From the NCBI GenBank assembly GCA_951406725.2, contig OX597835.1, forward strand, positions 28,148,001 through 28,212,000: DNA of 64,000 nt, given 5' to 3'. The translations under genes and the position numbers were made by a program. The stretch comes from Octopus vulgaris (taxonomy: Eukaryota). The notes beneath the pieces are model-generated. The model had not been told where the DNA came from. It saw only the letters and a list, made by a program, of their open reading frames with translations, and did no database searches. This document shows, one piece after another, positions 53,388-64,000 of the stretch; positions within the stretch are counted from its first letter, which is position 1; every line of letters begins with the position of its first letter.

Positions 53388-53589
53388 ATATTTCTTCATG
53401 GCGTACGGCATCAAGCAGTTCCTCCAGGTGAAAGAGTCTGACATCCTGTACAACACTCTGCCGTTGTACCACTCAGCCGGTGGCATCCTTGGAATCGGTC
53501 AAACCTTACTTGGTGGAACGACCTGTGTTATTCGCAAGAAGTTCTCTGCCAGTCAGTTTTGGATAGACTGTGTGCACTATGGCTGCACT
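53388..53589 (+). CDS. SLC27A4: FATP exon (202 nt)
   Basis: ttcaaag|a ... act|gtaagt. YFFMAYGIKQFLQVKESDILYNTLPLYHSAGGILGIGQTLLGGTTCVIRKKFSASQFWIDCVHYGCT; phase 2/0 fits both neighbours. Confidence 0.95.
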
Positions 53590-54416
53590 GTAAGTACATT
53601 CCTCCACTTTGACAGTCTTTGATCTCTTTCTTTGAAATTGTTTGAGATGTCTGGGGATAATTTGGGCTTTTCTGCTGTGGTACCTTATCCAGGTATGTTT
53701 ATATGTAAATATGCTCTTGGATGCTGATAATATGGCAAGGTCTGTCTGTAGAGCATATCTAGGAAAAAACTGTAAATATTGGTTTCAAATTCTAGCACAA
53801 GGCCAGCAATTTCAGGAGAGGGAGCAAGTTGATTACCTTGACCCCCAGTACTCAGCTGGTACTTATTTTATCAACTCTGAAAGGACAAAAAGTAAAGTTG
53901 ACCCTGGTGGGATTTGAACTCGGAACATAAAGAGACAAAATGCCGCTAAGCATTTTGCCTGGAATGTTTATGATTCTGCCAGCTCGCTGCAGTCTTGTTT
54001 TCAAAAGGTCTAAATTAAAATCTTCCACAAAAACTTAGTTGTAATTTATGTCCCTAACACTAGCTTAATGATAACTAAATTCTTTCTAATATTTAAAATT
54101 AATTGAAAGAAACACACATCATCTCAACTGAAATATGGTAACAAAAGAGTTAATGTCCATTTTCCATGCTGGCATGGGTTGGACAGTTTGACAGGAGCTG
54201 GCAAGCCAGAGAGCTGCATGAGGCTCCATTTGTCTGTTTTGGCATGGTTCCTACAGCAGGATACCCTTCCTAACACCGACCATTTTACAGAAGAGTGTAC
54301 CAGGTGTTTTTTTACATGGCACCACAGGTACATTTTTACATGACACCTGAACAAATGCTCTTATATGTGGCAGCAACACAGGTGCTCTTTATGTGGCACC
54401 AACATGGGTGCTTTTA

Positions 54417-54788
54417 CATAGGCGCAGGAGTGGCTGTGTGGTAAGTAGCTTGCTAACCAACCACATGGTTCCGGGTTCAGTCCCACTGCATGGCATCTTG
54501 GGCAAGTGTCTTCTGCTATAGCCCTGGGCTGACCAATGCCGTGTGAGTGGATTTAGTAGACGGAAACTGAAAGAAGCCTGTTGTATATATGTATATATAT
54601 ATATGTATGTTTGTGTGTCTGTGTTTGTCCCCCTAGTATTGCTTGATAACCGATGCTGGTGTGTTTACGCCCCCGTCACTTAGCGGTTCGGCAAAAGAGA
54701 CCGATTGAATAAGTACTGGGCTTACAAAGAATAAGTCCCGGGGTCGATTTGCATGGCCGCAGTCAAATGACTGAAACAAGTAAAAGAG
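54417..54788 (+). mobile_element. SINE family A
   Basis: Full head; small deletion near the tail. Confidence 0.88.
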
Positions 54789-55508
54789 AGAGAGAGAGTA
54801 TAGCAGCAATATTCATGAGCAAAATTCAGATGAAGTAACTGAAAAGACATTGAAGACAATAGTCCAAACAAAGAATACGAACATAAAATGATTTACGTAT
54901 CTTGTCCAGACCATGTGTTACTAAGCATAAAGTATATGTTGTTTGCAGAATGTGTGTGTGTGTATGAATTTGTTCTTCTGTACAAGCAGGTAGATGCTGT
55001 GTAATGCTGGCTTGTTTAGATAGCTCCTGTGAAATGCTGTGCACATCTGTCGACAAAGTTCATTGTTAAAGGACAATGTTGAGAGAAGTAAATACAACAC
55101 AGTACTGTTCGGATCAACTTGGTTGTCCAAACGGAAGGAAAACAAACGCAGTAGATTCTGTCACTTTCTGTGAGAACAATTTACTTTCAGAAGTGGTTGG
55201 CATTAGGAAGGGCATCCAACCGTAGAAACATTGCCAGATCAGACTGGGCCTGGTGCAGCCTTCTGGCTCCCCAGACCCCAGTTGAACCGTCCAGCCCATC
55301 CTAGCATGGAAAGCGGACGCTAAATGATGATGATGATGATGATGATGATGAAGTAGTGGTCTGATTGGCTAGATAGACTTGCCAGAAGAGAATCCGTGTG
55401 GTTTCAAGTTCAGTCCCACTGCGCGTCACCTTTGGCAAGTGTCTTCTTTTATAGCCCCGGGGCTAATCAATGCTTTGTGTGTGAATTTGGTAAATTGTGG
55501 AAGCCCAT

Positions 55509-55543
<35 letters not shown>

Positions 55544-55879
55544 AATCTTATGTGGCCCCTGGTCTTACAACTTCCTGTCAAGCTATCCAGTCCATGCCAG
55601 CTTGGAAAACAGACATCAAATGATGATGATGCATGTGTGTGTGTATGCATACATGCATGACTATGTCTTTGCCTCCCTCCTGTCACTGCTTGATAACCTG
55701 TGTTGGTTTGTTTATATCCCTGTAACTTAGCAGTTCATAAAAATAGATAAAATAAATACTGGGATTGATTTGTTGGACTAAACCCTTCAGAATGGTACCA
55801 CAGCATGGCTGCAGTCGAATGACTGAAAGACAGAAACAAATAAAAGATAAAGTTGCTTATAAGGGCATATTCCTTTTAT

Positions 55880-57803
55880 AAAGGGAAAAAGACCTCTTTT
55901 GGTCGTGAATGAGCATGGGATTGCATCTAAACAGTTCCCTTCCGAGAAACAAGTCCAGGCAAGGTTGTTTGTGGAAGACCAGCAGTTGCCCATGCATGCC
56001 TACCTTCTCTCTCCATGCTATGAATGTTATCCAAGGGAACGGCAAAGACCGATAAAGCTTGGCACCGGTGACGTCACGACTCATTCCTACAACTGGAGCA
56101 ACATGAAAATCAAGTTCTTGCTCAAGAACACCACACACAGCCCGGTCCAGGAATTGAACACGCATCTTCACGATTGTAAGCCCAATGCTCTAACTACTGA
56201 GCTAATCATGCATCTTCACTGTTTTATGGCTGTTTTATGATGTATAAAAAGTGGAAGCGCAATGGCCCAGTGGTTAGGGCAGTGGACTTGCAGTCATAGG
56301 ATCGCAGTTTCAATTCCCAGACCGGGTGTTGAGTGTTTATTGAGCAAAAACACCTAAAGCTCCACGAGGCTCCGGCAGGGGGTGGTGGTGAACCCTGCTG
56401 TACTCTTTCTCTCACTCCTTCTTCCTATTTCTTTTGTATCTGTATTTCAAAGGGCCAGCCTTGTCACAATCTGTGTCTCGCTGAATCTCTATGTTAAGGG
56501 TACACATATCTGTGGAGTGCTCAGCCATGAGTGTATAAAACCTAAAACTGGCACTCTGTTGGTTATGAAGACGAGGGTTCCAGGTGATCCCATCAGCGGA
56601 ATAACCTGCTTGTGCAAGTGGCTGAGTACTCCACAGACACGCATACCCTTAACGTAGTTCTCAGGGAGATTTAGCGTTACACAGGATGTGACAAGGCTAG
56701 CTGTTTGAAATACAGGTACAATTCATTTTTGCCAGTTTCAGTGGACTAAAGCAACATGAAATAAAGTGACTTGCTGAAGGCCACAATTAACTGCAAGGAT
56801 TCGAACCCATGACCTTATGATCATAGGCAGAATACCCTAACCACTGAGCCATGAGCCTCCACTGTATAAAAAACTAAGACAGAGCAAAATGGGTCAGTCT
56901 AATTTGCATATGAGTACATGTACTCACAATATGTGGAGGCGCGTGGCTTAGAGGTTAGAGTGTCAGCTTGTAAGATTGTGGTTTCGATTCCTGGACCATG
57001 CGACGCGTTGAGTTCTTGAGCAAAACACTTCATTTCACGGTGCTCCAATCCACTCAGCTGAGTAACGCTGCGATGGACTGGCGTCCCATCCAGCTGGGGA
57101 ACACATACGCCATAGAAACTGGGAAACCGGGCCCATGAGCCTGGCTAGGCTTCAAAAAAAAAGGGCGCATTTATTTATTTGTGGAGGCACATGGCCTAGT
57201 GGTTAGAGCAGCGGATTCACGGTTGAGGGATCGCAGGTTCGAATCTCAGACCGGGCGATGTGTGTGTTTATGAGCGAAAACACCTAAGCTCCACGCGGCT
57301 CCGGCAGAAGGTAATGGCAAACTTCTGCTGACTCTTTCTCTCACTCTTTCCTCCTGCATCTTACAGCTCACCTGCGACGGACTGGTGTCCCGTCCAGGTG
57401 GAGAACCTATACACCAAGAAATCGGGAAACCGGCCCTTATGAGCCAGAAATAGCTCGAGAAGGAACAAACAAAAACTGACAATATAGATTATCATGGCAG
57501 ATGCTACGTTCTGAGTTCAAATTCCACCGAGGTTGGCTTTGCCTTTCATCATTTTAGGGTCGATAGATTAAGTACCTATTTCTTTATTACCCACAAGGGG
57601 CTAAACATAGAGGGGACAAACAAAGACAGACATAGGTATTAAGTCGATTACATCGACCCCAGTGCGTAACTGGTACTTAATTTATCGACCCCGAAAGGAT
57701 GAAAGGCAAAGTCGACCTCGGCGGAATTTGAACTCACAACGTAACGACAGACAAAATACCGCTAGGCATTTCACCCAGCGTGCTAACGGTTCTGCCAGCT
57801 CAC
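55880..57803. mobile_element. Dense cluster of tRNA-SINEs: C (-), E-head/D-body chimera (+), D (-), two + copies with a shared tail, H (+/-)
   Basis: A/B-box heads at about 56217(-), 56252(+), 56862(-), 56934(+), 57181(+) and 57803(-). Confidence 0.8.
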
Positions 57804-57923
57804 CGATGGGGTGGGTTCGGGGTATTTCTGGCCTTTATGCCTATTGTAGAAAAGAATTAATGTTGCTACTCTGTTGTTTGTAAGTGTCTGTCTGTTCATC
57901 TCTCCACCTCTGTCTCCCTCCAG

Positions 57924-58116
57924 GTGTCTCAGTACATTGGTGAGATATGTCGATACCTCCTGGCTCAGCCAAACAGACCCGAAGAAAAACAGCACAAACT
58001 GCGACTCATGTTTGGAAATGGGCTACGACCCCAGATTTGGGAACAGTTCCAGAAACGGTTCAGCATCGAACAGATTGGAGAGTTTTATGGTGCCACCGAG
58101 GGCAACTGCAGTCTGA
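57924..58116 (+). CDS. SLC27A4: FATP exon (193 nt)
   Basis: ctccag|gtg ... ctga|gtatgt. [64 protein letters not shown] contains the QYIGE, GNGLR and EFYGATE motifs. Confidence 0.95.
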
Positions 58117-58216
58117 GTATGTCTTCTTTTTCTTTTTTCTTTTTACTTTTTTAGTTGTTTCTTGTTTATATTATTGTTGCAATGTGTTTTGCTTCTATTT
58201 TTTTTTATTATAGTTT

Positions 58217-58586
58217 ACTCTTTACTTGTTTCAGTCATTTGACTGTGGCCATGCTGGAGCACTGCCTTTAGTCGAGCAAATTGACCCTGAGACTTACTCT
58301 TTGTAAGCCCAGTACTTATTCTATCGGTGTCTTTTGCCGAACCGCTAAGTGATGGGGACGTAAACACACCAGCATCGGTTGTCAAGCAATGCTAGAGGGA
58401 CAAACACAGACAGACATATACACACACATATATATATATATATACATATATACGACAGGCTTCTTTCAGTTTCCGTCTACCAAATTCACTCACAAGGCTT
58501 TGGTCGGCCTGAGGCTATAGCTGAAGACACTTGCCCAAGATGCCACACAGTGGGACTGAACCCACCACACAGCCACTCCTGGGCCT
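58217..58586 (-). mobile_element. SINE family A
   Basis: Reverse complement of the family A pattern. Confidence 0.85.
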
Positions 58587-58756
58587 ATTTTGTTTGTTTG
58601 TTTTAATCTTATCTTTCTGTTATTACTATTATCATTATTATTTGCCATCATCCTTTCGGGGTCAATAAATTAAGTACCAGTCAAGTACTGGGGGCAATGT
58701 TATTGACTAATCCCCTCCCCCAAAATTTCAGGCTTTGTGCCTTTAGTAGAAAGGAT

Positions 58757-59017
58757 TGTGTGGTAAGTAGCTTGCTTACCAACCACATGGTTCCGGGTTC
58801 AGTCCCACTGCATGGCACCTTGGGCAAGTGTCTTCTACTATAGCTTCGAGCCGACCAAAGCCTGTGAGTGGATTTGGTTGACGGAAACTGAAAGAAGCTC
58901 GTCATATATATGTATATGTATATATTTATGTGTGTCTTTGTCCCCCCAACATCGCTTGACAACCAATGCTGGTGTGTTTACATCCCCGTAACTTAGCGGT
59001 TCGGCAAAAGAGACCGA
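58757..59017 (+). mobile_element. SINE family A, truncated
   Basis: Head and body match; embedded between SINE H remnants. Confidence 0.8.
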
Positions 59018-59097
59018 AAGCTGCCCTTGTGGCAAAAAATTTGAAATAATTATTATTATCATTATTATTATTATTGTTATTATTATTCTTCTTGCAG

Positions 59098-59241
59098 TTA
59101 ACATTGACAACACAGTGGGTGCTGTTGGATACACAACAAGAATTTTACCATTTCTCTATCCTGTCACCTTAGTGAAAGTAGATGAATACACAGGAGAACC
59201 AGTGCGGGATACAAACGGAATCTGTGTAAAGGCAAAACCAG
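59098..59241 (+). CDS. SLC27A4: FATP exon (144 nt)
   Basis: cttgcag|tt ... ccag|gtaaga. INIDNTVGAVGYTTRILPFLYPVTLVKVDEYTGEPVRDTNGICVKAKP; phase 1/1. Confidence 0.93.
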
Positions 59242-59264
59242 GTAAGAAGATTATGTTTATCATA

Positions 59265-59578
59265 CAGTTCTATATTTAAGAGATGAGGAATTATGTACAT
59301 TAGACGGATATTTGTCCTCATCTTGTTTGTTGTTAACATTTTGGCTGATACACCCTCCAGCCTTCATCAGGTGCCTTGGGGAAATTTTTATTTTTCAATG
59401 TTATTATTATCATCATTATTATTATTATTATTATTATTCGGGTCACTTCTTAGAATCGAATTTGGAATCTAGAGGTTAGTAGCCCGTGCTCTTAACCACT
59501 ATACCACGGGCATATGGCGTAGTGGTTAAGAGCGTGGGCTACTAACCCCAAGATTCCAAGTTCGATTCCAAGCAGTGA

Positions 59579-59617
<39 letters not shown>

Positions 59618-59760
59618 CATCGAAAAATACCTTAAAAATGAGAACCCAGGTTCGAAATTTTCCCAAGACACCTGATGAAAGCTGGAGGGTATATCAGCTG
59701 AAACGTTGTGTTAACAACAAAATAGATGAGGACAAATGTCCGTCAAATGTAAATAATGTA
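59265..59760. mobile_element. Head-to-head inverted duplication of a tRNA-headed, (AAT)n-containing, hammerhead-tailed element
   Basis: The arms meet at an 8-nt spacer (59507-59514). The right arm has A box TGGCGTAGTGG and B box GTTCGATTCC; the left arm is its reverse complement with small deletions. Confidence 0.8.
59667..59712 (+). ncRNA. Minimal hammerhead-like motif in a tRNA-headed palindromic element
   Basis: gacac-CTGATGA-A-agctgg-agggtata-tcagct-GAAA-cg-TT-gtgtt. A decayed inverted copy lies at about 59335-59375. Confidence 0.65.
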
Positions 59761-60246
59761 TGTATATCATGTTTAATATGTGTTAAAAGTATATAAATTA
59801 AAAAATTTTTTTGTAATTTTATTATTTTTTTTTTACGATTTTATTTTCATTCCTGTTGGATCCCGCTTGTCTGTCCACTTTTTCAATTTGGCTCTCTTTA
59901 CTCTTTTACTTGTTTCAGTCATTTGACTGTGGCCATGCTGGAGCACCGCTTTTAGTCGAGCAAATTGACCCCGGGACTTATTCTTTGGAAGCCTAGTACT
60001 TATTCTATTGGTCTCTTTATTATTATTATAAAAAAGCTGCCTTCTGTTGTAGCTCCTCTCATTTGAATGGAATGATAACCTTGTGAGCTGCCTGGCAATC
60101 TCACTATTGCTGGTACCCTGTGGTACTCCAGCATGGCCAGGTTACAAAGACTAAAACTGGTTAAATTTGGAGAAGGGCAGCATTTAATGTATGTATTTCG
60201 GTTGTTTGTAGCATTTGTAATTCTGTTTACCGTGTTCAATTCCCAG

Positions 60247-60384
60247 GTGAACCAGGTCTGCTTGTGGGGAAGATTGTGAAGGGAGACCCAACTCGAGAGT
60301 TTGATGGTTATCTCAATCAGAAAGAAACAAGCAAGAAGATAATTCCTGATGTTTTTAGAAAAGGTGACAGGGCCTTTGCCACTG
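60247..60384 (+). CDS. SLC27A4: FATP exon (138 nt)
   Basis: tcccag|gt ... actg|gtaagt. [46 protein letters not shown]. Confidence 0.95.
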
Positions 60385-60553
60385 GTAAGTGCTTCCATCT
60401 TTGGTCAGTTCGGTCAAGCTCTCTCTTCTTTTACTGATTTCTCTCTCATCATACTTCATTTCTTCTTTCTCTCTGTATACATGCACACACAGTAATGTAT
60501 TATATATATATATATATATATATATGGGTCTGTCTGTCTTTCTCTCCATATAT

Positions 60554-60763
60554 ACTCTTTACTCTTTTACTTGTTTCAGTCATTTGACTGCGGCCATGCT
60601 GGAGCACCGCCTTTAATCAATCAACTCGACCCCAGGACTTATTCTTTGTAAGCCCAGTACTTATTCTATCGGTCTCTTTTGCTGAACCGCTATGTGACGA
60701 GGACATAAACACACCAGCGTCGGTTGTCAAGCAATGCTAGGGGGACAAACACAAACATACACG

Positions 60764-60811
<48 letters not shown>

Positions 60812-60979
60812 TACGATGGGTTTCTTTCAGTTTCCGTCTACCAAAACCACTCACAAGGCTTTGGTCGGCCCAAGGCTATAGTTGAAGACACTTGCCCAAG
60901 GTGCCACACAGTGGGACTGAACCTGGAACCATGTGGTTGGTAAACAAGCTACTTACCACACAGCCACTCCTGTGCCTAT
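60554..60979 (-). mobile_element. SINE family A
   Basis: Complete reverse-complement copy; a partial copy also lies at 59893-60017. Confidence 0.88.
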
Positions 60980-61072
60980 GTAATATATATATATTCATAC
61001 ATACATACGCACGCATACACTTATAGACATGGCTGTGTGCATATATTTATACATGTGTATACATACATGGAT

Positions 61073-61407
61073 GTGGAGGCATATGGCTCAGTGGTTAAAG
61101 TGTCCAATTTACGATCGTGAGGTTGTGAGCTCGAATCCCAGACAGGGCTGCATGCTGTGTTCTTGAGCAAGACACTTTATTTCACATTGCTCCAGTTCAC
61201 TCAGCTGTAGAAATGAGTTGTGACGTCACTGGTGCCAAGCTGTATCATCCTTTGCCTTTCCCTTGGATAACACTGGTGGCGTGGAGAGGGAAGGATGGTA
61301 TGCATGGGTGACTGCTAGTCTTCCATAAACAACCTATCCCAGACTTGTGCCTGGGAGGTTATCTTTCTAGGTGCAATCCCATGGTCAGTCATGACCGAAG
61401 GGGGTCT
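61073..61407 (+). mobile_element. SINE family C
   Basis: Matches 3007-3332. Confidence 0.8.
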
Positions 61408-62554
61408 CAGATTCAGATATACATGACCTATTTTTGCAAATACCGATAGGGCACAGAAAGTGTGTCAATAGCCAGCTGGAGAAGATGTTCTCCTGGGGCT
61501 ATAAGCTATGGTAACATACACCCTTAGTGGTTAGCCATTTTTAGATGGCAAATATACTTCACATTGTCGTGCAGTTACTAGCTATACCTTGTTCAGAGAT
61601 TTGTTATTGCTAGTAAAAAAGTATATATATATATTTACATATATTCACAGACATATGGATGGATATATATCTATGTACACACAAACATATGTATATATAT
61701 ATATTTTGGTACACATACACATAAGTACACTCATATAACACACACACACATACGCATGCACACACATGCTTATATATATATATATGGGTGGGTGTGTATA
61801 TATACACATACACACACACACACACGCACGTGGGTGGGGATGTCTGTTTGTTCTCCACCACTGCTTGACAACTAGCAGTTTGGCAAAAGAGACTGATAGA
61901 ATATGTACCATGCTTTAAAAAAAGATGAAAAAATACTGGGATTAATTCATTCAACTAAAGAAATTCTTCAAGGCATTGCCCCAGCTTGGTCGTGGTCTAA
62001 CGACTGAAACAAGTAAAAGAATATATATTATGTATGTATAGTATGTATTTATATATTGTGTGTGTGTGTGGCTTAATGGTTAAGCAGTTGCACTCATGAT
62101 CACTAAATCATGGGTTCGATTCCCTGGGTGGGTGGTGGTTTGTGTTCTTGAACAAAACACTTTATGTTGCTCCAGTCCCTCTTTCGGTCAGTGGGTAATG
62201 TTGGCTTGCTTGCTTAGCCAGCAGGGTGGCATCCTTTTGATGGCTAAAACAATGCAAAGAAATATGCATTGTGATCAGCGATGTGTAACGAAATCTTATA
62301 GTCTGGTCAGTCACGTGATATTTATGTGTGTGTGTGTGTGTGTAAATTTGTTGGCATCTCCCTATGTATATAAGATATAACTGTCTTTGTATCATCATCA
62401 TCGTTTAGTGTCCGCTTTCCATGCTAGCATGGGTTGGACGGTTCAACTGGGGTCTGGGAAGCCAGAAGGCTGCACCAGGCCCAGTCTGATCTGGCAATGT
62501 TTCTACGGCTGGATGCCCTTCCTAACGCCAACCTATGTATATAGATATGTGTGT

Positions 62555-63078
62555 ATCAGTGATGTGCAACCAAGAGAATACCCTCCATCAGACATTTGCC
62601 ATATTCTCAATGCCTTACTTCCCTGGGCATGGATACATTCAAACTCCAACGTCTGGCAGCTGACTTGGCAGACACCCATAAAATTATTAACCATCTTACT
62701 AATAATAACTCTGAGCACCTTTTCAAACTCCACCTGTCAAACACCCGTGGACATATTTACAAAGTCAGAAAGCAGCACAGCTCCCATGACTTTCGGAAAC
62801 ATTTTTTCACGCTAATAGTTGCTGAAGCATGGTACAAACTGCTGGCATCAGTTGTTAGTTGTTGGAGCACTGCATCCTTCAAAACTTCCATGCTTCCTGA
62901 GATTCGCCAACACTACACCTGATTTCCTCCCCTCCATACACACACAAGCATGTATCTGACTCATACACTGTTCACTTTCCAGACATTTGTACATTACTGC
63001 ATATGCTTTATACGCACTTTTGACAAATTGTGGTGCACCTGAGCACTGTATACAATAATTTCATTATTATTATTATTA
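62555..63078 (+). mobile_element. CR1-group LINE 3' fragment
   Basis: RLAADLADTHKII...SNTRGHIYKVRKQHSSHDFRKHFFTLIVAEAWYKL...SFKT; the 3'UTR ends in (ATT)n. Confidence 0.85.
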
Positions 63079-63210
63079 TACATATCTATCTCTCTCTCTC
63101 TCTCATTTTGTTTTCCTTCTTCTCTTACTCCACTTTCTCCATCCTATAGTCTCCAGTTTCTATATCCTTCATACACACTCTCTCTCACTCTCTCTTTATT
63201 CTCTCCACAG

Positions 63211-63375
63211 GGGATATACTTTCTATGGACCACTTTGGCTACATGTATTTTCGAGATAGGACAGGAGACACGTTTCGATGGAAAGGAGAAAACGTATCAA
63301 CATCAGAAGTAGAAGCTGTTATAAGTAACATTTTAAAGTTGCAAGATGTTGTAGTGTATGGGGTGGAGATTCCAG
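63211..63375 (+). CDS. SLC27A4: FATP exon (165 nt) with the FATP/VLACS signature; gene continues beyond the window
   Basis: ccacag|gg ... ccag|gtgagt. [55 protein letters not shown]. No stop codon; the C-terminal exons are missing. Confidence 0.96.
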
Positions 63376-63809
63376 GTGAGTGTCATTGGATTGTCTTTCA
63401 TGTTAATTAACAGCTTTTGTTGTTGTTCTTTGGAATGGTAAAATCTGAAAAAAAAAAAAAATTTGTTCTGAGTTCAAGACCTACTGAGGTCGACTTTGCC
63501 TTTCATCTTTTCAGGACCGATAAAGAAAGTACTAGTTGAGCTCTGAGAGTTGATGAAATAGACTTGCCCCTGCCCCACAAAAGTTTCAGGCCTTGTAGAA
63601 AAGATTATTTTTATTATTGAAAAGGCGATGAACTGGCAGAATCGTTAACCATGCCAGGTGAAATTTTGAGTTCAAATTCCGCCAAGGTCGATTTTGCCTT
63701 TCATCCTTTCAGAGTCAATGAAATAAGTACCTGTTGAGTATTAGGGGTCAATATAATCAACTATCCCTTCAACCCCCAAAATTTCAGGCCTTTTGCCAAA
63801 ATTTGAGAT

Positions 63810-64000
63810 CATTACTTCCGCCTTAGTGAAGGCGGAGGTATTGTTTTGCAGTCGCGTTTGTTTGTTTGTCTGTGGACAAGATATCTCAAGAACCCCTGGA
63901 TGGATTCGGATGAAACTTTCAGGGATGTTTGGCCTCGTGACTGGCATGAACTGATTAGATTTTGGGATCGATCCAGTACCGGACAAGGATTCTGGATTAT
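63810..64000 (+). mobile_element. HINE/DINE-like element (runs off the window edge)
   Basis: attacttccgccttagtgaaggcggaggta hairpin then (TTTG)n; matches 24048-24253 inverted. Confidence 0.55.

Noticed and set aside
54800-55190. Unique-looking intronic stretch with short minus-strand ORFs
   Set aside because: No recognisable domain, and the flanking FATP exons already join in phase without it.
59508-59582. Functional tRNA gene
   Set aside because: A and B boxes are present but the acceptor and anticodon stems pair poorly; treated as a retroelement head.

Overview
Eukaryotic, intron-rich and repeat-saturated DNA. The repeat style (tRNA-derived SINEs, RTE and CR1 fragments, very long TA/TG microsatellites) suggests a coleoid cephalopod such as Octopus; this is an inference. 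The only supported host gene is a + strand long-chain fatty acid transport protein (FATP, SLC27A1/A4-like acyl-CoA synthetase). I traced eight phase-consistent GT-AG coding exons from 40220 to 63375 (1448 nt, about 482 codons), including the IYTSGTTGLPK and [10 protein letters not shown] motifs. The first coding exon was not found and the gene continues past the right edge. Nearly all listed ORFs are microsatellite or transposon artefacts. The most interesting unexplained signal is a set of type I hammerhead-ribozyme-like motifs in at least five unrelated short repeat families. Their helix I arms pair despite differing in sequence, and most have a palindromic helix III of the kind known from Penelope-like elements. 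One sits in a tRNA-headed element duplicated head-to-head as a ~500 bp palindrome 24 nt from an exon. A SINE and a putative Tx1/L1-like LINE with a shared 3' tail also appear to insert repeatedly into the SINE's own head, producing tandem multimers. Repeat boundaries were read by eye and are approximate.
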